A stretch of DNA of 64,000 nt, from the NCBI GenBank assembly GCA_012295275.1, contig CM022677.1:24428001-24492000 (forward strand), given 5' to 3'. Below are positions 13,092-23,964 of this stretch, one piece after another. Made by a program: the position numbers and the translations under genes. Positions within the stretch are counted from its first letter, which is position 1. The number at the start of each line of letters is the position of its first letter. The stretch comes from Chrysomallon squamiferum (lineage: Eukaryota > Animalia > Mollusca). The notes beneath the pieces were generated by a model. It was not told the DNA's origin and ran no database searches. It was given only the letters and a program-made list of their open reading frames with translations.

Positions 13092-15290
13092 GAAAATTTA
13101 TTAGTTTCTTATGCCTGAATCAAATTTTAATTTATTCTTAAAAGAAAAAAAAGAAGTAAATAATAATAATGAATAAATTAAAGTAATTTTATTTTAATTA
13201 TTTATTTATTTATTTATTATTTTTCTTGTTATTATTATTATTAGTAGTAGTAGTAGTAGTACTAGTAGTATTAATAGTAGTAGTAGTAGTAGTATAAAAG
13301 CATTTTTCTTTGAGAAACATAATATTTTAACACCTTATTTTCAGTATTTGTGTTTTTAATTTTTAACTTTTCAATTATATTTACCTATCTTTACACTTTC
13401 TATATGCTTTTTGTAAACAATCCTCGCTTGTGTTTAGCTAAAAGTAACTGATATGTTTTTCACAAAATAAATAAATACATAAATAAATAAATAGATAGAT
13501 TATGTTGATAGATGTAGAGTATATGAAATAAAATATCACTAGGTTACTTCCCCTTGTATGAACTCAAAGCGATTTGCAACAGAAAGGCAGGCATTTAAAT
13601 TGTTTTAAATAAGATAAAGGTAAAGTAAATGATAATAATAATAATTTTGTAATTCACAGAGTTCAGTTTCAACTTTAGTGGGTAAGTTCCAGACTAAGAG
13701 CTATCAGATTTCTGTTCTGTGAGTCCCGTGCAATATCTAATTTTGTTTATTTATTTATTTATTTGTTTGTTTGTTTGTCTCTTTGTTTATCTATTTTCAG
13801 TTTTATTGTTGTTGTTGTTATTGTTGTTATTTATATTTAATTTTCTTTTTTCTTTTTCTTTCATTCATTCTTTCTTTTTAATTTATTTATTTATATACTT
13901 ATTTATTATTATTTTTATTAATTTGAACATTTTTGAGCTGTACTGCTATAATGAAAACGATGCTTTCAAAAAATTCATCTCTGTTCAATGGATCAAGTTG
14001 ATTGCATTCTACTAAAATGTGATTCTACTGTACATCTTAGCACTGACTATGTAGACACTGGTGTTTAGTTCTGTCTTCCGTGTTTAAATAATAGTCAATA
14101 TGTTTTGGACCACAACAAAAAACACTGATTAAATTACGTTGCATTTGTGTACGTATGTATGTGTGTATATAAAATTTAAATCAGAAATTGCACATCGTTA
14201 TTTTTTTTTTTTTTCAGTTTTTCTTTCTCTAGTACTGATTTGATTTTTCTTCTAAAAACGACAAAGATTCATTCCGTATACATTATAATGCATTGAAAAA
14301 TTGGAGAAAACCCCCAGAAAAACAACAAAAGTAAAATAAAATCAATAAATAAATAAAACATTAAATATATAAATAGAGTTCAGAATTATTCTTTATCGTT
14401 TTGCTCATGCTAAGAATAGCGAGTTTAAATTAAGTAGATATGTATTACAATTAAAGGCTGATTAAGAAAAAAACAATTAAAAAAATAAATAATATAAAAT
14501 AAAATAATTAAGAAAAAGAAAAAGAAAGAATCATCCTAATATTTAAAAGACAACGAAGAATAATAATTATGTTTCAAGAACTGTCTGTGGGCACGAGAGT
14601 AAAACTTGTATGACACAATTTTCCGATTTGGGCATGCGCGCTTAAAACAGGTTTTACAACACTGGCCTTTGTTGTCTAGACAGCCTACACAGGAAAAATC
14701 GAAACAAGGAAATAAAATAGTTTTTTTTCTTACATTAATGATTTTTCTTCGTTTATTAAATTTTCTAGTTCATAGAAAACGTTCCGCAAGGGTCCTATAA
14801 TTAAAATAATAATAATAATAAATAAATAAAATAAAAAAGACTTAAAAAAAACAACTTATCTCAATATTATATCGAAAAACTGCCAATCACTATTTCTGGT
14901 TTTAATTATATATAGCATTTATTTTTAACTTTTAACCCGAGCTGTAATTGAATGATAGCAAACAAAAATACTAGTATATGTCGCTAATTAGGATTAAAAA
15001 CTGGAAATGGGATAGCACTTCATATTCAACTTTTCAAAACAATTTCAATAGCTATTGATATTTGAATTGTCTGTTTGCGATCAATGTAAAAGTCTTTAGC
15101 AAAACACAAACGAGATTTGCTTATAAAATGAATATAGAAAAGGGTTTTGTATTCAAATGTAGATAAAGCTAAATTAAAAGTTAGAATTAAAAACACAGAT
15201 AATTAAAAAAAACACCTGTCTCTGAACGATTACTTGATATATAAACAAAAATATTCCAAATGAGACAAGGAAAAGAAAACCTGCAATGGT

Positions 15291-16967
15291 TATAATTATT
15301 ATTATTTTCACCACAGAATATACAGTATAAAGTATAGTACAATTAATCCTAACATGACAAAATATAAAATTAAATTAATGTGTTAAAATACAGAAGTCTT
15401 CAGATTATCAAGAAAGACAAGAACCAAAAAACTACAGATAATTATCTACTATAGGTTCCTAGTAATTAATATTTATCACATAACTGCACAGTGAATGTTA
15501 CAGTAAGAAACATACAAGAATACAATCAAAATAATTATGACATATTTACATTTTGTTTTTCTAAATTTTGTGCAAATATTTCATTTTTCTTCACATTTTA
15601 TTGTTCCGTTATTTTTCTTACGAACATATTTTTCTGCACAATAAATAAATAAACATGTTCAGAACATTTTGAAATACAGTTAAAGTTCGTTGTTGGTGAT
15701 TTCATTTTGATTTATCGATAAAGTGTTTCGCAATTAACATTAAATCGGCTCTATCACCTTTGTCAGATACATTTCGGTTGTCTTAAATAATTGCATTGAA
15801 GTATCACATTTGTTGACAAAACTATCTGGTTTGTAACAGTGTTCCAGAATGTCTGAACATGTTTACGTAAGCCAAACGAAATTCACATTTATCTTTTATT
15901 CCTTTATACCATATACTACCAAATGATTATTTGTTGTTAAGATAATTAACAAGATGTTGTATTGAAAATATCTAAGTCCTGTGTTCGTAGTTAACTTGTA
16001 ACAGAAGAAGATGTATACCTTTCCATTATTTGTCACATAAATCTCTACCAAAAATATACTGCCATTTTATTTTGGCATTTATTTTGTGCTTTGAAATAAT
16101 TTCTATTATATAATCACAGCAGAACATTTTACCAACAATTGTTTTGAGGTGTTCTTCTGTAAAATTAGAAATTCCTGATATTTGTAATGTTACCTCGTTT
16201 GTAATACAAAGACAATTTATAATATTTTTTAACTACTAATATCAAACCATTGCAAAATAGCATAAGATTTATTGCTCTTAAACCACACTCTTGATAATCC
16301 TGAATTAATATCTTTTCTAGCTATTGTATCGAGCTTTTAAATTGAAACGAAGTGAGCGAATTAGGTTTCTATTTGTTTAAAGAAAGAATCTGTTGGATAA
16401 AAAAGAAAACATTTCTTTTTCCATATAACAACATTTTTGATTTCAGTCATTAAACAACGTTTTAAGCATTGTTCATGAAGCCTGTTAACCTCACTCATAT
16501 TAATAGTTTGATTCTTGTATTAGATACAGATGTGTGGAAAACTTTACCCCAAATATCGTAAATACTGTAGTCCATTTTAATTTATGTTTTGATGACAGTT
16601 TTCTAAGATTATTATTGTCTTTGCCTAATTTGCTTTATCAGTTTTAGCTTATTAACTCTGAGATCACACATATTGTTAAAATATTATAATGTTTCCGCAG
16701 AAGCTGTATGAGTTTTATCACACCAGTCTAATAGCAATGTTGTGTCTCCGAGAAACTGAAATTTTGAATTCACTGACGTTTATCTCAATCCCGTGTATAT
16801 CTTTGTTGCACAGTGTTTATCCTTGAAGCTTGTTCTAAGTCGTTAGATTTGTCCATAGGCAACTCAGTTTTATATGTAGATAGTGTGGCTATTATATTTA
16901 CTTTCTCTGTTGTTGTTTTTTTTAACTTGTCATTTTCTATTTCCAGTCTGATAATAATTTCTTTCAT
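15291..16967 (-). mobile_element. Degenerate, internally deleted L1/Tx1-clade LINE downstream of caspase copy 1
   Basis: Minus-strand hand translation across frameshifts gives, in order: ORF1-like coiled coil ending NDLEQASRIN; NKDIHGIEINVSEFKIS/FLGDTTLLLDW...DLRVNK (RT FADD region, ~16745-16810); KWTTVFTIFGVKFSTHL..IQESNY; ILIQDYQECGLRAINL; zf-RVT LRYFQYNILLIILTTN..DKCEF; LMLIAKHFI; EKY...KN...EEK* (~15580); then a 3' UTR ending in a short (AAT)n tail at ~15291-15307. Confidence 0.85.
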
Positions 16968-17177
16968 ATGATGTAATATTTCTTTTTTATTTACGTCTAG
17001 TTGTCTGAATTCGTCCGATAATGAAATGTACTATTTCTAAAAGTCGACCTTTGAGAGGAATTGTGGGAAGACTGTATCGTTGTTTGTTGTTTTTTCTGTT
17101 TCTTCTTCTTGGTTAGTTTTTGTTCGCATTTGGTTTAAGGGTGGGTTTTTGTAACCACACTGACAAATCGGAATTGT

Positions 17178-19602
17178 TCATTCAGGTTTTTTGTAAACAG
17201 GGCAGAAAACAAATTGTTTTCTTAATGTTGAATTGGTCCACGGCACTTGTTTATTATCCTCCCCTGTGTTGTTACCACTTACGTCACCACTGACTTTCCC
17301 CATTACGTTAGAAATATTTTCATGTTTGTATTTAAGAAGATTCTCACAAAGCAATTTAATATATAAAGATCCTGTATTTTCATTACGGTAAGACGCATAT
17401 CCTGGCTCGCTTGAACAAGCAGTGTAGAAATCACAGCCCTCGGCAGTGAAATGTTTCCCTTCTTCAGCCTTGACGTCAGAATGAGGAACTAGTTGTCCTT
17501 TCAGATGTTTATCACCTTGGCAGGCCTGGATAAAAAACAGCTTTGGTTTATCAACGAGGCACTCACATGACCCTGACCGGAAATAAGAAGTGACTTCCTG
17601 TAAGGTTACCTCGTTTCCATTTACGCCGTAGACCGACCCCTCACTACCGTGTGCGAGAATGCAGCAGACAAAAGCGTCTTTTTTAGAATCTTTGCGTCCT
17701 GACATCTGTTCGAGTATATCTTTCATTTCCGAGTTACTGAGATCTGTGTGGACTTCCACATCGAAAAAAAGTTCTTTAAATGTCTCTCTCAGTCTCTCGA
17801 CGTCCACACTCGAGCCTGATCGTTGTTTCATTGATTCATAATGTTCGTTGTTTATTATAAGACATATTCCACGTTTTCGATGCGTCATTTCATATACTGG
17901 AAACTCTGAGCTGCAGTTTACTACGTTTAAACTGGTAAGAAGGGAAATGGACTTGGTATGGTTGTACATGAGGTTCACCAGCTCTAACAAGCTGTTGCAT
18001 TGAATCTCGTACATTCTATTCTTGTTTGAAAGCAGCCAATGATCTGGTCGTTTGCCGATCATGTCACAACGCCATATTGTGTCTCCAGATACCGTTTCAC
18101 GTATAGAACCAGTATCTATGATGCCAGGAATTATTTCAATTTCAGTTTGTCTGATGTTTCTTTCTTCAGCTACCTTCAATATCTCAATCAACAGAGTCAG
18201 ATAGTCGGCTACTCTCTCTGACAGATTTACATTGTTGTTGATTTCTTTTTCAAAACGATTTCTTAGATCTTTCAAATTCACCGTTTTCTCTTCGTGTAGC
18301 GTCACCACTTCGTTCTTTTCTGTGTCTTTGTTGTTTTGTGTGCTTTCTACCTCTTCATTCTTTGGTGTGCTTTCTATTTCTTCACTCTTTTCTGTGTTTT
18401 CTGTCTCTTCTTTGTTTTGTGTGTTTTCTGCCTCTTCTTTCTTTTGTGTGTTTTCTGTCTCTTCTTTCTTTTGTCTATTTTGTGTCTCGTCTTTGTTTTT
18501 TATGTTTTCTGTCTCTTCTTTCTTTTGTCTATTTTGTGTCTCGTCTTTGTTTTTTATGTTTTCTGTCTCTTCTTTCTTTTGTCTATTTTGTGTCTCGTCT
18601 TTGTTTTGTGTGCTTTCTGTCTCTTCTTTGTTTTGTGTGTTTTCTGCCTCTTCTTTCTTTTGTCTGTTTTCTGCCTCTTCTTTGTTTTGTGTGTTTTCTG
18701 CCTCTTCTTTCTTTTGTGTGTTTTCTGTCTCTTCTTTCTTTTGTGTGTTTTCTGCCTCTTGTTTCTTTTGTCTGTTTTCTGCCTCTTCTTTCTTTTGTGT
18801 GTTTTCTGTCTCTTGTTTCTTTTGTGTGTTTTCTGCCTCTTCTTTCTTTTGTGTGTTTTCTGTCTCTTCTTTCTTTTGTGTGTTTTCTGTCTCTTCTTTC
18901 TTTTGTGTGTTTTCTGCCTCTTCTTTCTTTTGTGTGTTTTCTGTCTCTTCTTTCTTTTTGTCTGTTTTTTGTCTCTTCTTTTTCTTTTTGTCTGTTTTCT
19001 GTCTCTTCTTCTTTTTTTGTGTGTTTTCTGTCTCTTCTTTCTTTTGTGTGCTTTCTGTCTCTTCTTTGTTTTGTGTGTTTTCTGTCTCTTCTTTCTTTTT
19101 GTGTGTTTTCTGTCTCTTCTTTCTTTTGTCTGTTTTCTGTCTCTTCTTTCTTTTTGTGTGCTTTCTGTCTCTTCTTTGTTTTGTCTGTTTTCTGTCTCTT
19201 CTTTCTTTTGTGTGTTTTCTGTCTCTTCTTTCTTTTGTGTGCTTTCTCTCTCTTCTTTGTTTTGTGTGCTTTCTGTCTCTTCTTTGTTTTGTGTGTTTTC
19301 TGTCTCTTCTTTGTTTTGTGTGTTTTCTATCTCTTCTTTCTTTTTTGTCTGTTTTCTGTCTCTTCTTTGTTTTGTGTGTTTTCTGTCTCTTCTTTGTTTT
19401 CTGTGTTGTCTATCTTTACTTTCTTTTTTGTTTTCTTTGTTTCTTCGTTGTTTTGTACCTTTTCTGTGTTTTCTTTGTTTGTTCTATTAAGTTTTTTCAA
19501 TTCATCAGTTATTTTCCATCTCATTGGTCTCAAGTTAAACTGAGCACAGTCAATATACACTGTGTCCGGAATGTATTCTGTTAAAGGTATCAGATTTTCC
19601 AT
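17178..19602 (-). CDS. Caspase (peptidase C14, caspase-8/10-like active site) copy 1; intronless, with a long N-terminal 9-aa repeat; frameshifts inside the repeat
   Basis: ORF 17178-18308 has YEM..RGICLIINN, QRSG, CCILAHG, KPKLFFIQACQG (17514-17528), SYRN..GS.YI and KQVP. The frame continues upstream into the repeat to ~18955. ATG MENLIPL at 19602 is shared with copies 2 and 3. Indels fall mostly in T runs. Confidence 0.9.
18330..19405 (-). repeat. Coding 27-bp tandem repeat (~40 units) encoding EETENTQ(K/N)K
   Basis: Plus-strand unit ttttctgtctcttctttcttttgtgtg; in frame with the caspase on the minus strand. Confidence 0.93.
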
Positions 19603-19648
19603 TGTTTCCGTTGAATGCGACTCAGCGAAGAAGTGATTCAGTGATCAT

Positions 19649-19652
19649 CTAA

Positions 19653-19718
<66 letters not shown>
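19649..19718 (-). promoter_or_regulatory. Putative splice acceptor (TTA)n-TTTTAG about 46 nt upstream of the caspase ATG (also 32129-32200 and 54712-54778)
   Basis: In three copies, homology of the leader ends exactly at an AG preceded by a (TTA)n tract. An in-frame stop lies between the AG and the ATG, suggesting a 5'-UTR intron. Confidence 0.5.
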
Positions 19719-19719
<1 letters not shown>

Positions 19720-19936
19720 TGGTAGCACTAGTAGTAGTAGTAGTAGCAGCAGCAACAACAAGAACAGCAGCAAGTTGTAGTAATTGTACTAAGAATCACA
19801 GTACAATACGTTTTTTATTTTTATAATATGTATTGTATTTGTTTTGTTTTGTGTGTGTATGTATGTATGTATTGTATCTGTAAGTGTGTGTCTGTGAATG
19901 TTTCTGTATGTGTGTGTGCAAGTTTGTACGCATTTA

Positions 19937-19976
<40 letters not shown>

Positions 19977-21201
19977 GTATGTTTGTATCTATTTATACGT
20001 ATGTATGTTTTTTATCTATGATTATGGATGGATATGTGTGTATGCATGTAAGAATTAGAAGTTGCCCTTTTTATACAGTTTTTCTTACTCTAGTACTGAT
20101 TTGATATTTTCTTCTAAAAATTGTAATGATTCATTTTCATATGTATTTTAATATATTGAAAAATTGAATTAAATTTTTTTTTTTTTTAAATAATAAAATA
20201 AAATATAATAAATAAATTATAATTTCAGAATTATTGTTTTCTCTTTTGGTCATGCTAAGAACAGCTAGTTTAAACTGAGTGGATATGTATGCCAGCTAAA
20301 GGCTGATAACTAACAAAACTAATTTTATAAATTAGTGAAATAATAACAAATAATATAAAATAAAATAACTAAGAAAAAGAAAGAAAGAAACATCCTAATA
20401 TTTAAAAGAATAATAATTATTATGTTTCGAAAAATGTCTGGGGCAACTGACAAAATATATAAGAGAATTCGCCGATTTGGGCATACGCGCTTAAAGGAGA
20501 TTTTCCTTCCCTCATCTTTGTTATTATCACACCATACAAAGGAAAACCGAAACCGAAACAAAGGAAATAAAATCTTGTTTTGTTTTTAGATTAATGATCA
20601 TTTTAATATCATTTACAATTTTCTTTCCTCAAAATTTCTTTCAGCTGAAACATTTTATTACAATCCCTATTTTTTTTTTTTTTTTTTTTTTTAAACTTTT
20701 ATGTTTCTTTGTTTATTTAATGTTCTAGGTCACAGAAAACGTTCAACAGTAGTATTTATATATTTATTTAATTGTTTATTTTATATCTTTTTTTTTCTCT
20801 TTTTTTTTTCTGGTTTGATTTTTTCTTTCGTTAGTTAAAACTTTCATTGCGTGATACTTATTTTGTAATTAAGTTAAATATAAAAACTAGAACAAAATAC
20901 CTGAAAACTCTTTCTTGTTTCGTATAGGAACATCACCTTTTAAATGACAAAATTTGTTGCTTACGTCACACAGGTAACGCACGAGTGCTCCACAAACTGA
21001 CAAGTCATGGTACGCTATTGTACGGTAACTAAAACCGAAGCAGGAGATCTGTTTCGTTATCATATCAGTGTGTTCAATTGTGAACACTGACTCGTTGAAG
21101 TTAGGAGTAAATAGTTGCATTTAAATAAATAAATAAAGTAAAATAAAAACTAACAAATAAATAAAATGAATTAAAATAAAATAAAATAATAAGTATTATT
21201 A

Positions 21202-21284
<83 letters not shown>

Positions 21285-21424
21285 TAAGAAAATGTACAAG
21301 TTTCTTATGCTGAAACATATTGTAATGTATTCTGGGGGGAAAAAAAGAAGAAGATAATAATGTTAATGAATAAACTAAAGTAATTTTATTTTATTTTATT
21401 TTATTTAGTTATTCATTTCTTCTT

Positions 21425-21455
<31 letters not shown>

Positions 21456-21799
21456 TTGTTATTATTAGTTTTATTATTTTTTTAAAGTAGTTGTCTTTGA
21501 CAAACATAGCATTTTAACAAGTTATTTTCAGTATTTGTGTTTTTAATTTTTAACTTTTCATTTATATTTATCTACTTTTACACTTTCTGTATTCCTTTTG
21601 TAAACAAACCTCTCTTGTATTTTGCTAGAAATAACTGCAATTAGTTATTGACGAAATAAATAAATAAATAGCTAGATTAGATTGATAGATATAAAGTATA
21701 TGAAATAAAATAAAATATTTCTAGTTTAATTTCCCTTGAATGCGATTTGAAACAGAAAGGCAGGCATTTAAAATTTTTAAAATAACATAAAAAGTAAAA

Positions 21800-22095
21800 T
21801 AAATAATAATAATAATTATTATGATGATGATAGAATATGTTTACAGCTTATTCGAATGAGAGACTATCTATTCTCTAATTCAAAGAGTTCAGTTTCGACT
21901 GTAATGGGTAATTTGTAGACTAAGAACTATCAGATTTCTGCGATATGAGTCCCGTGTAATGTCGAATTCTATTTATATGTTTTTGTTTTTGTTTGTTTGA
22001 TTCTTTGTTTATTTATATCATCAGTTTTATTCTTGTTGTTGTTTATTTTTTTATTTAATTTTCTTATTTTCTTTTTTCTTTCATTCGTTGTTTTC

Positions 22096-22149
<54 letters not shown>

Positions 22150-23191
22150 TTATTTTTCTTAATTTGAACAATTTTGAACTCTACTACTATAATCAAAACG
22201 ATGCTTTTTAGAAAATGTATCTCTTCACTGGATCAGGTTGATTGCATTCTAGCAATTAAATGTATGTATTTGTGTAAAATAAAAATCTGTACAAAATGGA
22301 AATAAATAAAAGTTGAATATAAAATTAAATAATTAAGAAGAAGAAAATTGAACAAAAACAAACATCCTAATATTTAAAAGACATAAATAATAACAATAAT
22401 AATGTTTCGACAAATGGTGACAATTGGGCATTTTAGAAAATGAATAAAAAAAATGTGACACATTTATAAAATTAAATTTGGGCAAGAAAATTGAACGAAA
22501 AAACAGGTTTTTCACTAACAGTAACAAGTATTCTAGAATGTCTGAACATGTTTCCACAACCAAAAAGAAATTGACACATTTATCTGATTGCATGCGCGCT
22601 TAAAACAGGTTTCCCCATATAATACCAAATTCTTATTTGTTGTTAAGATAACTAAGAAGATATTGTATTGAAAGTATCTAATTCCTGTGTCTCTAGTTAG
22701 CTTGAACAGAAAATACATACTTTTCCATCATTTGACATAGAAATGTATCCAAAAAGAAAGCAAAAGTAAAATAAATAATGGTAATAATGACGATATAATA
22801 AACAAATAAATAAATAAATAAAAGAAAGAAACATGCTAATATTTAAAAGACATCTAATAACAATAATAATATTTCCACAAATGTCTGTGTGCACGTGAGC
22901 AAAACGTGTGACACATTTCGATTATTTTGGCATGCGCGCTTAAAACAGGTTTTGCCCCTGATCTTTGATTTTAAGAGACCACACAGGGAATCGACACAAG
23001 GAAATAAAATAATGCTTTGTTTTTAGAGTAATGACCATTTTAACACCATTTACGTATTAAATTTTGTCTCCTCAATATTTCTGTCAGCTAAGATATTTTA
23101 TCACAATTCAATTTGTATTTATTGTCTTAAACATTCATTTTTCTTCGTTTTTTAACTTTTTTCTTCACAGAAACCATTCAACAGTAATCTT

Positions 23192-23241
<50 letters not shown>

Positions 23242-23246
23242 TTATT

Positions 23247-23286
<40 letters not shown>

Positions 23287-23892
23287 TTATTTATATATAT
23301 ATATATTTTTTTTATTCAAATCTTTCATTGCGTAATATTTATTTTCTAAGTAAGTTAGAATAAAAGAGAAGATTTAACAACTGGAATAAATGCCTGAAAA
23401 GTTTCTATTGTTTCGTAGAAAAAATTCAACTTATAAATGATAAAACGTTTGCTTACGGCACATGCGCCTAAAACTGTCAAGTCATGACACTCTATTGCAG
23501 GTAACTAAAACTGCAGCGGGTAGTTTTTGGTTCGTTGATCTTACATGTGTGTTCAGTTATGAAAACTGACCCGTTGAAGTTGCGAATAAATGGTTTAATT
23601 TTAAATAAATAACTGAATGAATAAATAAATAAATATATAAATAAATAAAATTAAATAAAAATTAAAGAATAAAGAAATTGAATTCAAATAAAATAAAATA
23701 AAGTCACATTCTAATATTTAATATATATCGAATAATAATTATTATTTTTCGAAAAATGTCTGTGGGCACCTGAGAAAATATGTATGACAATACGCCGATT
23801 TGGGCATGCGCGCTTCAAAGAGATTTTCCACCCCTCATCTTTGTTGTTATCACAGCATACAAACCAAATACCGAAATAAAATATTATATATA

Positions 23893-23964
<72 letters not shown>

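Noticed and set aside
15651-15671. p53-like element AAACATGTTC-a-GAACATTTTG downstream of the caspase
   Set aside because: Only one good half-site; the second lacks the core G. It lies inside the LINE fossil and such matches are expected by chance.
16785-16967. Small coiled-coil ORF as an independent partner gene of the caspase
   Set aside because: Better explained as a LINE ORF1 remnant. It is not listed as an ORF for copies 2 and 3 and runs straight into RT sequence.
18950-19350. Frameshifts in the repeat as programmed phase variation
   Set aside because: Indels sit mostly in T homopolymers within a hard-to-polish repeat, so long-read consensus error is the simpler explanation.
18232-19584. 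Long plus-strand Phe/Cys/Val/Leu-rich ORFs in three frames (also 53224-54699)
   Set aside because: These are the antisense shadow of the stop-poor 27-bp coding repeat. The minus frame is the one continuous with the caspase.
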